From Adineta vaga (lineage: Eukaryota > Animalia > Rotifera): 64,000 bases of DNA. The notes under the pieces were generated by a model. It had not been told where the DNA came from and made no database searches. It was given only the letters and a program-made list of their open reading frames with translations. Each line of letters starts with the position of its first letter. Position 1 is the stretch's first letter. Positions 25,774-39,052 of this stretch are shown piece by piece. The position numbers were made by a program, and so were the translations under genes. Where the stretch lies: contig CP075493.1 in NCBI GenBank assembly GCA_021613535.1, forward strand, positions 1,488,001 through 1,552,000, read 5' to 3'.

Positions 25774-27611
25774 TTATTGTGGTAAAGGTAATGCTGGAAT
25801 AATTGTTCCGGTACATTCGCCAAAACCAATTTTATAACCATCACCTTGATAAAAACCTACAAGAAAAAAAACATAAATTTCCAATCAATTATTCTAATAT
25901 TTTCATTCACCAGTCATTGTAACTGTATCTCCATCTTCAAGAAATTTTCGTGTCGTATTTTCATCTAATTGTAAAGGTTTAGTTCCACGCCATGTTATCT
26001 CAAGTAATGATCCACATGAATCAGGTGTTGGACCACTAATTGTACCTGTTCCAATCAAATCACCAGATCGAAAGTTGCAACCTGTGCTTGAATGATGTAC
26101 AAGCATTTGTTTCAAACTCCAATACATATACTAATTGATAATAAAAATTTTAACAATAAAACTCATTTGATGAATGATTTTTATTACCTTCAAATTTGAT
26201 TGACAAATTGTATGTTCATTCGATGATTTATTCGCTAAATCAAATAAAACTAATTGAAAATAAACAAAGAACTTTATGTTTTCTCTTTACGTTTTAATGT
26301 CACTTGTAGATCAATATTGAATGCACTTGGTTCTTGTTGAGTTAAATAAGGTAATGGTTTTGGATCCTTCAAATAATCGAAACAAAAAATATTTAATTTC
26401 GCTTCTTTTTTTCTCAGCATTCATCTTACTTGTGCTGGTCCATTACATAAAGCACCTTGTAATGCATCCATTGTCACTATCCATGGTGAAATAGTTGTTC
26501 CAAAATTCTTCGCATTGAATGGACCTAATGGAACATATTCCCATTTTTGTATGTCACGTGCTGACCAATCATTCATAACAACTAGACCGAAGATATAATC
26601 ATCAGCTTTATCCATTGGAATTGGTTCTCCTTGTTTATTTCCCTCACCACCAATAAAAAATGCCATTTCTAATTCAATATCAAGTAATTTACAATTACCA
26701 AATACTGGTGGTTTTGCTAAAATATTTTACAAGAAAAATAAGGGGATAATTATATTTTTATTATAACGAACTTTCATCAGGGCATGTTTGACCATTTGGT
26801 CGACGAATATCTGTTCCAGAAATAACAACTGATGATGCTCGTCCATGATAACCAACTGGTAAATGTAACCAATTTGGCATCAATGCATTCTCTTTTCCAC
26901 GAAACATTATTCCAACATTTGTTGCATGTTCTCGTGAACAATAGAAATCCGTATAATCACCTAAAAATCAAAGCAATTTATCGATGAATATGATAATGAA
27001 AAAGACGGATTTTTTTGTTAGAAAATCAATCAAGCAGCTGAGTTTATTAGTGTTTATCTTCACCTATTTGTGCAGGCAAATGCATAGTAGCCTCAGTTTG
27101 TTCGACGAAAGCTCTAGAGATTATTGATTAGATAGTTAAATGTTAATTTAAAAAAAGAAAAACAAATATAATATCATGCAATTTAATTACATACTGTTTT
27201 CGTAATTGATCATTATCTTTTAATGTTGAACAATCTTTTGAAAGAAGCTCCTGTAAACGTTGACGAGTTTCTTTCCATGCTGATTTACCAAGTGACATAA
27301 ATTTATTCAATGTTGTCTATAGATAGTAGTACATAGAATCAATCGTTCTTAAGCACTAAATTACCTCATCAAAAACATTTTGTTTATCTTTCATTTGTGA
27401 TCCATCGAAAAGATGTTTAATCGATGATAGATCTAAGATTTTCGTTCCAATTGCGACACCAATTCTTGGTTTAGACTAAATGAATAGATATGAAGAAGGT
27501 GACGATTAAGAGAGAGTACGTATGACATACTTTATCTTTGGTTGAAAAAATACCATAAGGTAGATTTTGAAGAGGAAAATGTGAATCAGCACTAACTTCA
27601 ATGAAAGACAT
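25774..27611 (-). CDS. FAH: Fumarylacetoacetase, multi-exon
   Basis: [99 protein letters not shown]. Confidence 0.98.
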
Positions 27612-27677
27612 CTAAAAGAATGAATTCTAGTCAAATGAAAAGTTTGAAAAAGAAAAGTTCATAAAATGAAATTTTTT
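27612..27677 (-). promoter_or_regulatory. 66-nt intercistronic-like spacer with poly(A) signal and unpaired 3' splice site
   Basis: AATAAA overlaps the HSD17B12 stop. The T-rich spacer contains no GT and ends ...cattcttttag immediately before the FAH ATG. Confidence 0.55.
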
Positions 27678-28868
27678 TTATTGTGTTTTGCTACGTTTTT
27701 TTAAAGCCTTAGCACGAATACCACTCAAAACATTCATAGTAAATTTATTGAAAAGAAATTCTGGTATTAATGAACTGATGAATTCCTAAAACGAAAAAAA
27801 ACAACATTTATGTTAATAACAAAAGTTGAATATTGATCTTACTTGAATTTCATGTGTCCAATATCCTGTTGTAAATGGAACTGTAACACGATCGAGAGCA
27901 CTGTTGACAAATTTCTCCGGTGTTGGAGCAATAAGTGATGCTTTGCGAATACCAGATAATTTGCTAACAACATAACCAGGACACAATGATTGAACATAAA
28001 CACCACGTGAAACGCATTCAGCAGCTAATGATCTTTGATTAGATAAACAAATAATTTAATCCTGAGAAAAATTATCGTGTAACTTACCGTGAAAAAAGAT
28101 CAATAAATCCTTTTGTAGCAGAATAAAGACCTAATAAAGGTGTTGGCCGACGACCAGAGATACTTGATACATTAACGATAAGTCCTCGTCGTTTTTTGAT
28201 CATATCTAAATTTGGGATTCGATTCTTTCTTTGCGAATGATGAGAAACGAAAACGAACAAACCTGGTAAAACCATTTGTGTTAGATTAGCTACCGAATCA
28301 ACGTTACAACGAATCATATTTGTAAGGAATTTTTGATTATCTTCAACTTTATCGAAAGTTTCTGGATATTCATAAGACATTCCAACATTATTGATGAGAA
28401 CACCAATATCCAAACCACGAATTTCTTCACGAATTGTTGAATAAATTGAAGTTTCTTCTAAAAAAAATATTTATAAATTTCAAACTTCGAGTCTGAATAA
28501 AGAAAATCTCATAATTTACTTGTAAAATCAAATGCAATAGTTTTAACTTGAATATTTGCATATTTGCTTTGAATTTCTTTTGCTACTTGTTCTAATTTTT
28601 CTTTTGTTCGGCTAATCAAAACGATATTAAGACCTTAAATAGAAAAATCATCAATCAAATCATTTCGAATAACTTATCTTTTACCTCGTTTAGCTAATTC
28701 CTGTGCGTATGCTTTACCAATACCATCGGTGCCTCCCGTAACTACTGCCCATTCACCGAATGTTTTAACATCGACTTTAATAGGACATAAAAGTTGATAA
28801 AGAAAAGTTCCAAGACGTACTGCAATACAAATTAATGCAAACAATCCAACTGTTTCTAGAAAGGTCAT
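27678..28868 (-). CDS. HSD17B12: Very-long-chain 3-oxoacyl-CoA reductase (SDR family), multi-exon
   Basis: N-terminal TM segment. [49 protein letters not shown], catalytic [19 protein letters not shown]. Basic C-terminus. Confidence 0.93.
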
Positions 28869-29038
28869 CGTTTTGTTTTCTCGTAACGCCTAACTTATCT
28901 AAAAATGAATAAGTAAACGAAGAAGAAAAAAAAACTATGTTAAACCAATAGAAACTCATAGTTCCATAGAATATTTTCTGGACGAGAAGAAAGAAAGAAA
29001 CTTGTTGTTAGTTTTTATTTGTTCGTTAAACTGCAATC

Positions 29039-29891
29039 ATGGCTGATTATCTTGCATCAATATTTGGTACAGAAAAAGATAAAGTGAATTGTTCATTTTT
29101 CTTTAAAATTGGTGCATGTCGACATGGTGAACATTGTTCGAAATTACATAACAAACCAACATTTAGTCAAACAATTCTATTAAAAAATCTTTACTTAAGT
29201 TTAGAAAATAGTTCACAAAAAGCTGACAAATCTTTTATGGTTGACGATATTACTGAAGAACGTATTCAACAACATTTCGATGACACATTTGAAGAATTAT
29301 TTGTTGAATTAGAAAAAAAATATGGTGAAATTGAAGAAATGAATATTTGTGATAATCTATCTGAACATTTAGCTGGTAAGAATTTTAAACGATCAAATTC
29401 AAAGTTCATATCTTATTTTGTTTCCTAGGAAATTGCTATGCTAAATTTCATTTGGAAGAAGATGCAGAAAAAGCTGTAACTGATCTTAATAATCGATGGT
29501 TTGATGGACGTGCTATTTATGCAGAACTAAGTCCAGTAACTGATTTTCATGAAGCTTGTTGTCGACAATATCAAATGGGGTAAGCAGTATCTTTCAAGAA
29601 TTTTTCTTCCTTTGATTATTATGAAAATTCTTTTCATTCTTAGCGATTGTCCTCGTGGTGGTTTTTGTAATTTTATGCATTTAAAACCAGTGAGTGAAAT
29701 GAGATTTTCTTTCTCAACATTTTAATCATATCTTTATTAAATAGATTTCAAAAGATTTACGTAAACGTTTATATCAACGACGTCAGAATAAACCTCAAGG
29801 AGCTTCACGATCCCCAGGTGGTGGTGGTGGTGGTGGTGGTGGTAGTGGTGGTAGACGTTCTCGATCACGAGATTACGATCGACGGCGATAA
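29039..29891 (+). CDS. U2AF1: Splicing factor U2AF small subunit (U2AF35), divergent, four exons
   Basis: MADYLASIFGTEKDKVNCSF, CCCH finger 1, UHM with LNNRWFDG, ELSPVTDFHEACCRQY, GGFCNFMHLKP, Gly run and short RS tail. Confidence 0.96.
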
Positions 29892-32800
29892 ACATTCGTT
29901 TGTTTCAATTCTGTATAAAAAACAAACATACAAGATATTTCTTATGTTTGATCTACTTCTTTCCATGATTTTATTGTATTGAAAATAACGATGTGGATTA
30001 GAATTTTCTTCTTCAATACAGCTGGATTCCATCAGGGAAATCAATGTCAGTTTATTAGTCATCTGTACATACCTAAAATATCTAGACATCCAAACTCACT
30101 GGAAAAAACTTTTTTCCAAAAGAACAAAAAAGAAATTCAATAAAATCTACATGTATATTGATACTAATGTCCTTGATTATGATAGAAAAGATAAACACTA
30201 TTACAAGGCTGATAATCCCTAATGTTTAGTTCGAATCAATCTGATAAGAAATATCTATTTCGATTTATTTTACAATATTCTGACTACATAATCACAATAG
30301 AAAGAAAAAAAACGTGACGATATTTTGATTCTTATTTAGTTTTTTTTCAATAAAAGTAAAATGATTAACTTTTCATTTTCATGTCTAGTTTATATACATA
30401 TATATATTCGAATAAGAAAGAAAAAAGTTTTTCTTTTCTTCTCATAAATAAATCAAATAATTTTCCAATATGAATGTACTCAAATGCATAAAGCAATTAT
30501 TTATTATATAGAAGAAAAATTTAAGCTTGAAAGAACGTCTTTTACGCTTAGAATAATAGTATAAATGAATAATTAACAATCCATGTAATAATTAAATCAA
30601 ATTGACAGATATTCAACGATGAAAGAAGCAAAAAAAGCGATTTTCTTAGAAATTCTTTTTCTTATTGATTTCGTTTAATAAATTTACAAAATATTTGTTT
30701 CCTCATGTCTAGACATGTAAAGAAAAACGACTAAATTATGTTATGTAAAAGTATGTTGATGATATCAATTGAATGTTAATCATGTCATCGATGTAAAATC
30801 GTTATCTCGAAAGAAAATCAAAAATTGATTAGTTAACTATAGGAAAAGAGAGAGAGAGTAAGACTCGAGAAAGATAATCATTTTCACCTCTGAACTTTAT
30901 TGTCTATTGCGATTCGTTGAGACGTACATAAGTTCATAATAGACTTTTTTCTTTCTCGTTTTTCTTTCTATGTGTAATGATGCCAGTAGTGATGGTAGTG
31001 TCAGTCAATGTCTATATAAATCATTGTGTATGTATATGGTAAAATGTCACTTTCTCTTTCTTTCTTTCTTTCTTTCTTTCTTTCCTTCTTCTGTTTTTCA
31101 TACAAGGAGAGAAGAAAAGAACATTTCACCAGTAGAAAGAACAAATCGACGCGAACACGCACAAGCGCACAATTGATAATCATCATCATCGGGTGTCATT
31201 TCTGTCGAGCGAGTAAGTGAGAGTCAAATCCGGGCTAATAATCAAAGAGCAATTGAGCCAATTAGTAGTCAATATGTATGTCTTGTTATATATATATACA
31301 TATATTTATATCTATGTTCAATTTATTCTCTCATTATATGATATAATTAATAAAATCTGCTTTGAATTGTTTGATCCAGTAAGAAAAGAACGAAAAAAGA
31401 ACATTGTTTCTTTACTCATCATTATCTTTGATAGATAGATATGTATGTGTATACAGACATATTATCGCCTCGTACAAAGTAAAAATGAGAATGATAGAAA
31501 GAAAATAGTTGTATAGACATGAATAGTGAAGGAGAAATCCTTATAAACACATTCTTTATTTATTCGCTCTAAGAATATATTTAATGTTTTGTTTGATAAG
31601 TTAACTGTAACAATTTCTCATTTGAAAAATCAACTAATTGTTCGAAGTAATCAAGTCAGATAAATGATGTTTTGATTTGAGTTTGTTTTTCTATTTATTT
31701 TATCGATTTGTTTTTTCTTGATTCTATTTTTTTTTATTCGCATTTATTGACAGTTTATATTAAGAACAATAATATGTCAATCTGATTCATTCAGATATAA
31801 TTTATGTATGAATAAAAACTAATAATGATAAGAGTAACTTTTCTTCTTATTTTTTTTCTGTTGTGTTTTTATTATTCGATTAAAAGTTTTAAATCATCAT
31901 CTATTTATATATATACATAAAGAAGAACACACAAGGATGTATGTTGATTATTTGTTGCTCTTCTCGCTAGTATGTGTATGCACCACACGCACGTTTGCAT
32001 CGAGTAGTTTGTCGTCGTAGTAGCTTTTCTTCTCTCGCCTTTCTCAACAGGGGTTTCTACTTGCTCTCTCTCCAGCTGCCGGAGGGAACAAATAGAAGAA
32101 CAATATCACATCATTGTCGACGACAACGATGTTGTGTATAGTGTCGTGTGTCGTTTTCTTTTTTCTTTCTTATTCTTTTATGTATGATTGATTTTTTTTG
32201 CCTCACTCGTTTGCATATCCATTTATATTTACATACGACACAATATTACAGGTGAGTAGAAAAACGTAGTGTCATCATTACTATTATTATTATTGCAATT
32301 AGTTCTTGTAGTTTTATCACATCGTCAACTATGATTGAAATTTAATTTTGTTCAATAAAAGAATAAGAAAAATGAGAGTACTACTAGGACTGCCGAGTGG
32401 TATTGATCAGCATGTGTGGAGAGATTTCCTTTCTCTCTCTCTCTCTCTTTCGACATATTGACATCTAGTACTCATTCGTAATGGTAGTATAGAGAATTTC
32501 TTTCTTCTTTCTTCTTTTACCCACCCTTCGTTCTTCGTCTTATTCGTCTACGTACTCTCTTCTTTGCTTCTCTTCTTTCACTACACACACATACATATAT
32601 ATATATATATATGTTTGCGTTCGCATTGAGGCCAAGCATATAGCCACTGTCAAATTATTGTTGGAGTGTATATAATTCATCGACGAAGAGTGATGAGAGT
32701 CCGAAGAGGGAAAGAAAGAGAGATAGTGCGTGAAAATGAGCGACGAATAACGGAGGACTCGACGAAATGCAGATGATAATCAGTCTAGTGTAATCATTGA

Positions 32801-34696
32801 TCGACGGGCGGGCGATGGCAGTAAGTCGTTCTTCTCGTTCTCTCTTCACTCTAACAACAATAATAGAAATCCTTTTAAGTAGAAACGCGCATACAACTAA
32901 AGCAAAGCATAAGCAAAATATCAACTTCTTTGTTTGTGTTTTATATTTCTTTAGATATAGTTCGTAATACTTCTTTGTCTCATTATTATTATTATTATTA
33001 TTATTATCAGTTTGTGTTTCTTCTATATCGTCATCTTGTTTGATTTATAGCCGTATGCATGTGATGCCAAATCTTGATGATTATTATCATTTTCTCTTTA
33101 TCATAGTTGAGTTCTAACTAGAAGAAAAAGAATAAGTATGCGCTATCTTATTCGCTTTAGCTTTTTTCCTCTTTTCTTGTCGTTGATTATTTGACAATAA
33201 CAACATCGATTACAACAAACGCGTCATCACCATATCAATTAGAAACATGAAAAAAAGACGAGAAAAAAAGAAACAGGAATAGAATAGAGTCTTTCTCAGG
33301 TATTTATAGTTTACGTCAACATATGGTATAATTGTGTATATATATATACATGTATATGCGCGCCTATATATGGGTTCATCGATCCGAACAAACAGAAACA
33401 CATCCGATACCATAAGTGATTGATTAATCGGATCAACTGACTGTTTTTTCTCGTTCTGTATGTATTTATATATATATATATATATCTATACTCACATAAT
33501 CTATTCATGTCGATCTTTCATTTTCCTTTTTTTTTCTCGTTCTTTCATCTATTAGACGAAAAACATTTAAATCAAACATGTACACATTACTATAGTCTAT
33601 TGCACTATTAAATATGAGATAAAGACTAATTGTATGTATTAAACTATTGTTGTAGTTCATGTCACAGTAATAAATAATATAATGTCTTTAATATATCTGT
33701 ATCTCAACCAACCCGTTGACGAGTAATGAATTGTTGGTGTGCGTATCGTCCGTTGTTTTCTTTTCCTTCCTCTTCAGCGAACATCAGACTCTTGTGCTCG
33801 TGAGACTCGGTCGTGCAACAAAAGGAATAAGAGAACGGGAACCTCGTACGCATAGACACATAGAAGGGCCGTTACATGACGTCGGTTTGTTCCTTATTAA
33901 GGTGACACTAGCAACAAACGGGGTTCTTTTCATTCTCTTCATCATTTTCTATATATATATATATGCCTATTATGATTTGAATTATTCTATTCCTTTTTCT
34001 TTCAACATATTAGACGCACATTTTACATCAAGTAAAAGTAATTTATTAAGAAAAATTTTTTTCTGAAGAATTATTAATTAATATCTAAGTAACAATTATC
34101 GATTTCATTTGTTTTCTTATTAATGTAAATATTATTTGTTAGTATTATATAGATCAATATCATTCTACGTTCTTCCTTTTTTTTTCGCTCTTGCCTTTCT
34201 CTTATTCATTGATTCATTCTTTCTTTCTTTTTCTCTTTTGCTTCTAAACGACTATGTGTTTTATCACACTTGACAAGTTGATCGTTCTTCTCTTCGTTAT
34301 ATGTGTGTTATAATTTCTAGTTAATGACATATACAGTAGAACGACAATTCATGCGTCCCGCTAGCATTCATTACTATTATGTTTGAATATATATATATAT
34401 GTTGCTCTTTAATTCATCGATGAATTAGAAATTGAAGTTGAACATTCTTTTTCTTCTTTTAGCAGATCGGTCAAATAGACTTGTTAAACATGCAATCTTA
34501 TATACTTCTTCCGATTTTCTTTTTATCGTGTTCATTCAATTTTTCTAATGAAGATTCTTCGAACTTTTATTTGATCGATCAGAAAAACTTTTGTATGTCA
34601 ATAATCTACACCTGATAAGCTGTCGTGCTGTGTCGTGCCGTGCTTTGGTTAACAGAAGGATGATTGATTGGTTTCAAGGATCGAGACGAACTCTTT

Positions 34697-34876
34697 CCCT
34701 TTCTTTCTTTCTTTCTTTCTCTTTCTTTCTTTCTTTCTATTCCTTTTCTTTCTCTTCTTCTTCTTCTTCTGTTTCTTTCGTTATCGACTTGTTTCTCATT
34801 CTTTATTTCATTCTACACCATCACACTGCCTTTTTGATTCTATGTATGTATGTATGTGTGTGTGTGTGTGTGTGTG
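34697..34876. repeat. Microsatellite cluster (CTTT)n, (CTT)n, (GT)n
   Basis: Read directly. Similar simple repeats at 31050-31090 and 32981-33007. Confidence 0.8.
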
Positions 34877-35072
34877 CAAGAAATAGGAAAAGAGCGAGAA
34901 TAAGTAAAAAAAGAGTAGTAGTCGTTGTCGACGGCATGATTTCCGTTCATTCATCTAGAAGAAAACTAAATTAGTTGATGCTTTTGGTTGTTTTTATCAA
35001 AAAAGAAAAGAAAAACTATATAATATATCTCGCCTTTACTAACTCTCTATATATGTTATTTTATCTATTCAA

Positions 35073-38000
35073 GAGGATCACAATCAAATATTATCAATCA
35101 AAGATCAACATACAAAAGCTTTGGATATAAAACAAGATTTCAAATATTATTAATCGTGAACTATTCGTATCGGAAATCAAAGAATTCTATCCGGTCGCAC
35201 ACATTAAGTAAGAAGAATATTTAAAATCCTATTGACTTGAATACAGAATAGAACACAAAAAAACTGAGAGAAAAAAGAAAAAATAACAACCAACACTGTA
35301 ATCTCTTGACAAGGGAAAGAGAACAAAGAATGCCTACTATTGCGTACACACATCCACATTTATCTACAAAACACATATATATATATATATATAAATATAT
35401 AAAGAAAGATTTGTTTTGTCTATATAAACATTTTCTTATTTAATTCAGAGGTCGGTATTGTGTGTGTGTGGCTCGTCATAGAAGAAGAAGTTCGTGCATT
35501 GAAAACTCGATTCGGATACATTCTTTTATATTTTAACATACGATCTTATAACACGCAGACTGGCGAACACGCAAGGTGAAATACGTGTTGGGCCATCACA
35601 TCAAGCCAAATTACCATTGTTAAAAGTGTTTTCATCATCATCTTTATCAAATAATAATGATGATGGTTGTTCATTACGAGAAGAATTATTATGGAAAAAT
35701 TCCACTAATGATCTCGATCTATCCGTATATTTACAAGCAGCACGATCAATTGCTGCATTTGCTGGTATGTGCGATCGTGGGTTAGCTGAAGATATGTATG
35801 AAGTAGCTCAACGAGATGATACAACAATAAATGCTTTAACAATATTACATAATCACGATTATGATTGTAAACGTGCTATACAAGCACTTGTTAAATGTCC
35901 AATACCGAAAGGTATTGATAGGAAATGGTCTGATGATGATCAAAAGAAATTTATTAAAGGTTTAAGACAATATGGAAAGAATTTTTTTCGTATACGAAAA
36001 GATCTTCTATCACATAAACAAACATCTGAATTAATTGAATTTTATTATCTATGGAAGAAAACTGCACAAGCACAATCAAGTCGTCCACGACGACGACAAC
36101 GTCCATGTTCAACATTAGCAAATGTTTCTACAACACCAACACCAACGAAACAACGTAATACGAAAACAAATAATAAAGATGAATCTGATGATGATAATCA
36201 AACAACAACGGATGGAGATGAGTCACTTTGCCGTCATTGTCAATCATCATCAAAAGATTTACAAACTATTGGACGTGATAATCAATTATTATGTTATGAT
36301 TGTCGAATGTATTATAAGAAATATGGTGAAATGCCAAGTGTAAATTTAGAAAGTTCACGCTATTTATTTAAACCATTGAATGAAACAAGTTCAAGTATGG
36401 GAAAACGAAAACGAACGAGAGCACCAACCTCGCCAGATGAATATAATTCATCATTGACACGTTCTAAGAAGAGGACACGTGTTAATGATAAACTTCCATG
36501 TATTAAACAAGAAGTAGAAGAAGAAGAAGAAGAAGAGATTATTATCAAAAAAGAAGAACAAGAAAATGAAAAACCATCATCATCATCAACAACAATAACA
36601 ACAACAACGAATTCCTCTCTACATATTAAAATTGAAGATTCAAATTCGACCATTCATACACCAACACCATGTAAACAAGAATTACATTCACCATCGACAA
36701 TACTTTCAAATAATAGTACAAAAATTCTTCTTGATCACGCAAAACAAAATAACACTAGTCTTCTATTATCATCACATTCATCTGCATTTTCACGTACATT
36801 AAAGAAATCTTCGTTATCAAAAGATTCCGATGAAATAGATTCATCATCGAAATCAATTACGATGCTTAATGGTGATATCATACCGATAGGATCAGTAAAA
36901 GATAATGATCTATCGAATGATGATGGTAATACATCAGATAATTCCACGACTACGAATCATGAAGTGACTGCTGATTTAGGACCAGCACCTCTCTCCTGTG
37001 AAAAAGGTTAGTAGATATTGTTGTTGTTTTTGTTTTTTCAAGCAATTATGAATGTATGAATTTTTTTATCTAGAATGTTACAATAAATCTCAAGGAATAG
37101 TTTTGCTACAAGTTTATGATCGATCTAGTTCACAAAATACATGTGCACGAACAGATATTATACTTAAACGTGGTTCTCGTACACGTCGAAAACCAAGTGA
37201 ATTACAGCAATCACATGATATACCATCATCGAATTCATCATCAACAACAACAACCAATATTAAACAAGAAAATCGAAATATATCCGTATGCTGTCAGGAA
37301 TAAAATAGCAAAGAAATTTTCTTTTCTCTTTCTAGAAACTATCCTTTTCTTTGGACAAAGGACCATCCATACTTCATCCATCTGGTCCATCGTTTTCACA
37401 TCCAGATCCATTATTATTTAATCATAATAATCCACTCTTTCATCCATTACCAATGCATACTCTTGCTGGAGCCGGTAAACCACCATTAGGTTTTCCTTCG
37501 CCATTTGGTCCACTACCACCTGATAATGGCGCATTACGTCATTTGGATCCATTAGGTTTACGTTTGATGAATCCAGCGGCTGCTGCTCACCTTTTTTCGA
37601 CTCAATCACCATTCAGCCCTGGTATTAATCGACCAACTCCTGGTGGTCTTGATCCATCGACAGCTGCTCTTTTACTTGATCCTCGTTATCGCAGTATGAT
37701 CTCATCTTTTAACAATCCATCATCATCACCACTAGTACCATTACCACCATCTTCATCTAATCATTCACCATCGATATCAGCACATAATAATGGTATAATG
37801 GTACACATAATCATGCTCATATTCATTCACATTCACATACACATCTACATTTAAATAATGGAAATGAATCATCTTCATCATCGCCAGGAGCATCAGCAAA
37901 TGGTGCATCCTTACCACCACCACCTATATTACCATTTCCAAATCATCTTTCAGGTAAATTTATGTTTTATCTTTATATTATTATTATTCGTATGATATTC

Positions 38001-38439
38001 TATATTAGGTCTTTCGCATGGCAATCCATTATTACATCCCGGTGGTCCATTGCCACCAGGAAGTCTCGAAGCAATGCATAATTTCGCTCGTGAACGTGAA
38101 TTAATGTCATTAATGCTAGCTAATAACAATCGATTCGATCCCATGACTTTAACACTAGCTAACTCATTTCAAGTATGTTGAATTTAATTGATTCAAAATT
38201 ATTCTTTATATTTTCTCTATTTTAAGATGCCACGTTTTGATGATCTTTCTCGAATGAATAGCAGAGAACGATCTATACGTGAACATAATGAAAATGAACT
38301 ACGTCGATTTAGTTTAGATATGGAAAGACAACATTTTCGTTTTCCATTTCCACATCAACCAGATGAATTGCTTCGGTAAATACGACGAACTACCTATTAT
38401 GAACTTCTTATCTATTTTGTTTTCTTTAGGCGTTATTAA
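35073..38439 (+). CDS. RERE: RERE/atrophin-family corepressor (BAH relic, ELM2, SANT, GATA finger, atrophin tail), frameshifted; possible pseudogene or truncated allele
   Basis: DTFFYILTY..TRRLANTQGEIRVGPSHQAKLP, YLQAARSIAAFAGMCD, RDDTTINAL, KKFIKGLRQYGKNFFRIRKDLL, EFYYLWKKT, CRHC..LLCYDCRMYYKKYGE, NTCARTD, His-rich HNHAHIHSHSHTHLHL. Frameshifts in the BAH part and at 37787-37802. Confidence 0.85.
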
Positions 38440-39052
38440 TCATTCTTACAGTATATCAACAGTGAAAAAAAGAAATCATGTTTTCAAACAACTATTTAGC
38501 ATCTAATCATTTCTATTATTCATGTAGGATTAGTTTTGCTTCTTCCGTCTGTTATAAAGAAAGATTTTACCTTTGTACTCGGTGCTTTTCGCCGTATTGT
38601 CATTTTGTTTCTACAAAAAAAAACCACTGTACAAACGATTTCCGTTTTCGTTTTCTTTCTTATATTTGTTGTGCTAGTTTGTTGTATGTGTTCTTTTTTT
38701 CGAAAGTCTTTTGTTTTCGAATGAAACTAAAAGAAATCTACTATATTCTTCGAAAGAATTCTTTTTCCTATTAAGATTTCGATATATTATTTTGGAACGT
38801 GGAATTAAAAAAGACGAAGAAAGCGAATCGTGTTGACATTACGTTTTCGATAACGAATACTATTCATGTTGTTTTATTCTACTTTGATTAAAAGAAAAAA
38901 CAACATCGGTACGACTAATTGAAAATTTTCTGTATAAAAACCATGTTGTTTCTTTTTTCTTTCTTTTTTGAAACAGTCTTTCAATACTGTCGACGAAAAA
39001 TAGAGGTAAAAATATAATAAAAAAACGCTTACAATTCCTCGGTATAAATTTT

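Noticed and set aside
30970-34974. Many 60-130 aa ORFs rich in F, L, S, Y and I
   Set aside because: Translations of microsatellite and low-complexity DNA with no protein motifs.
36360-36947. Minus-strand ORFs inside RERE
   Set aside because: Antisense shadows of low-complexity coding sequence.
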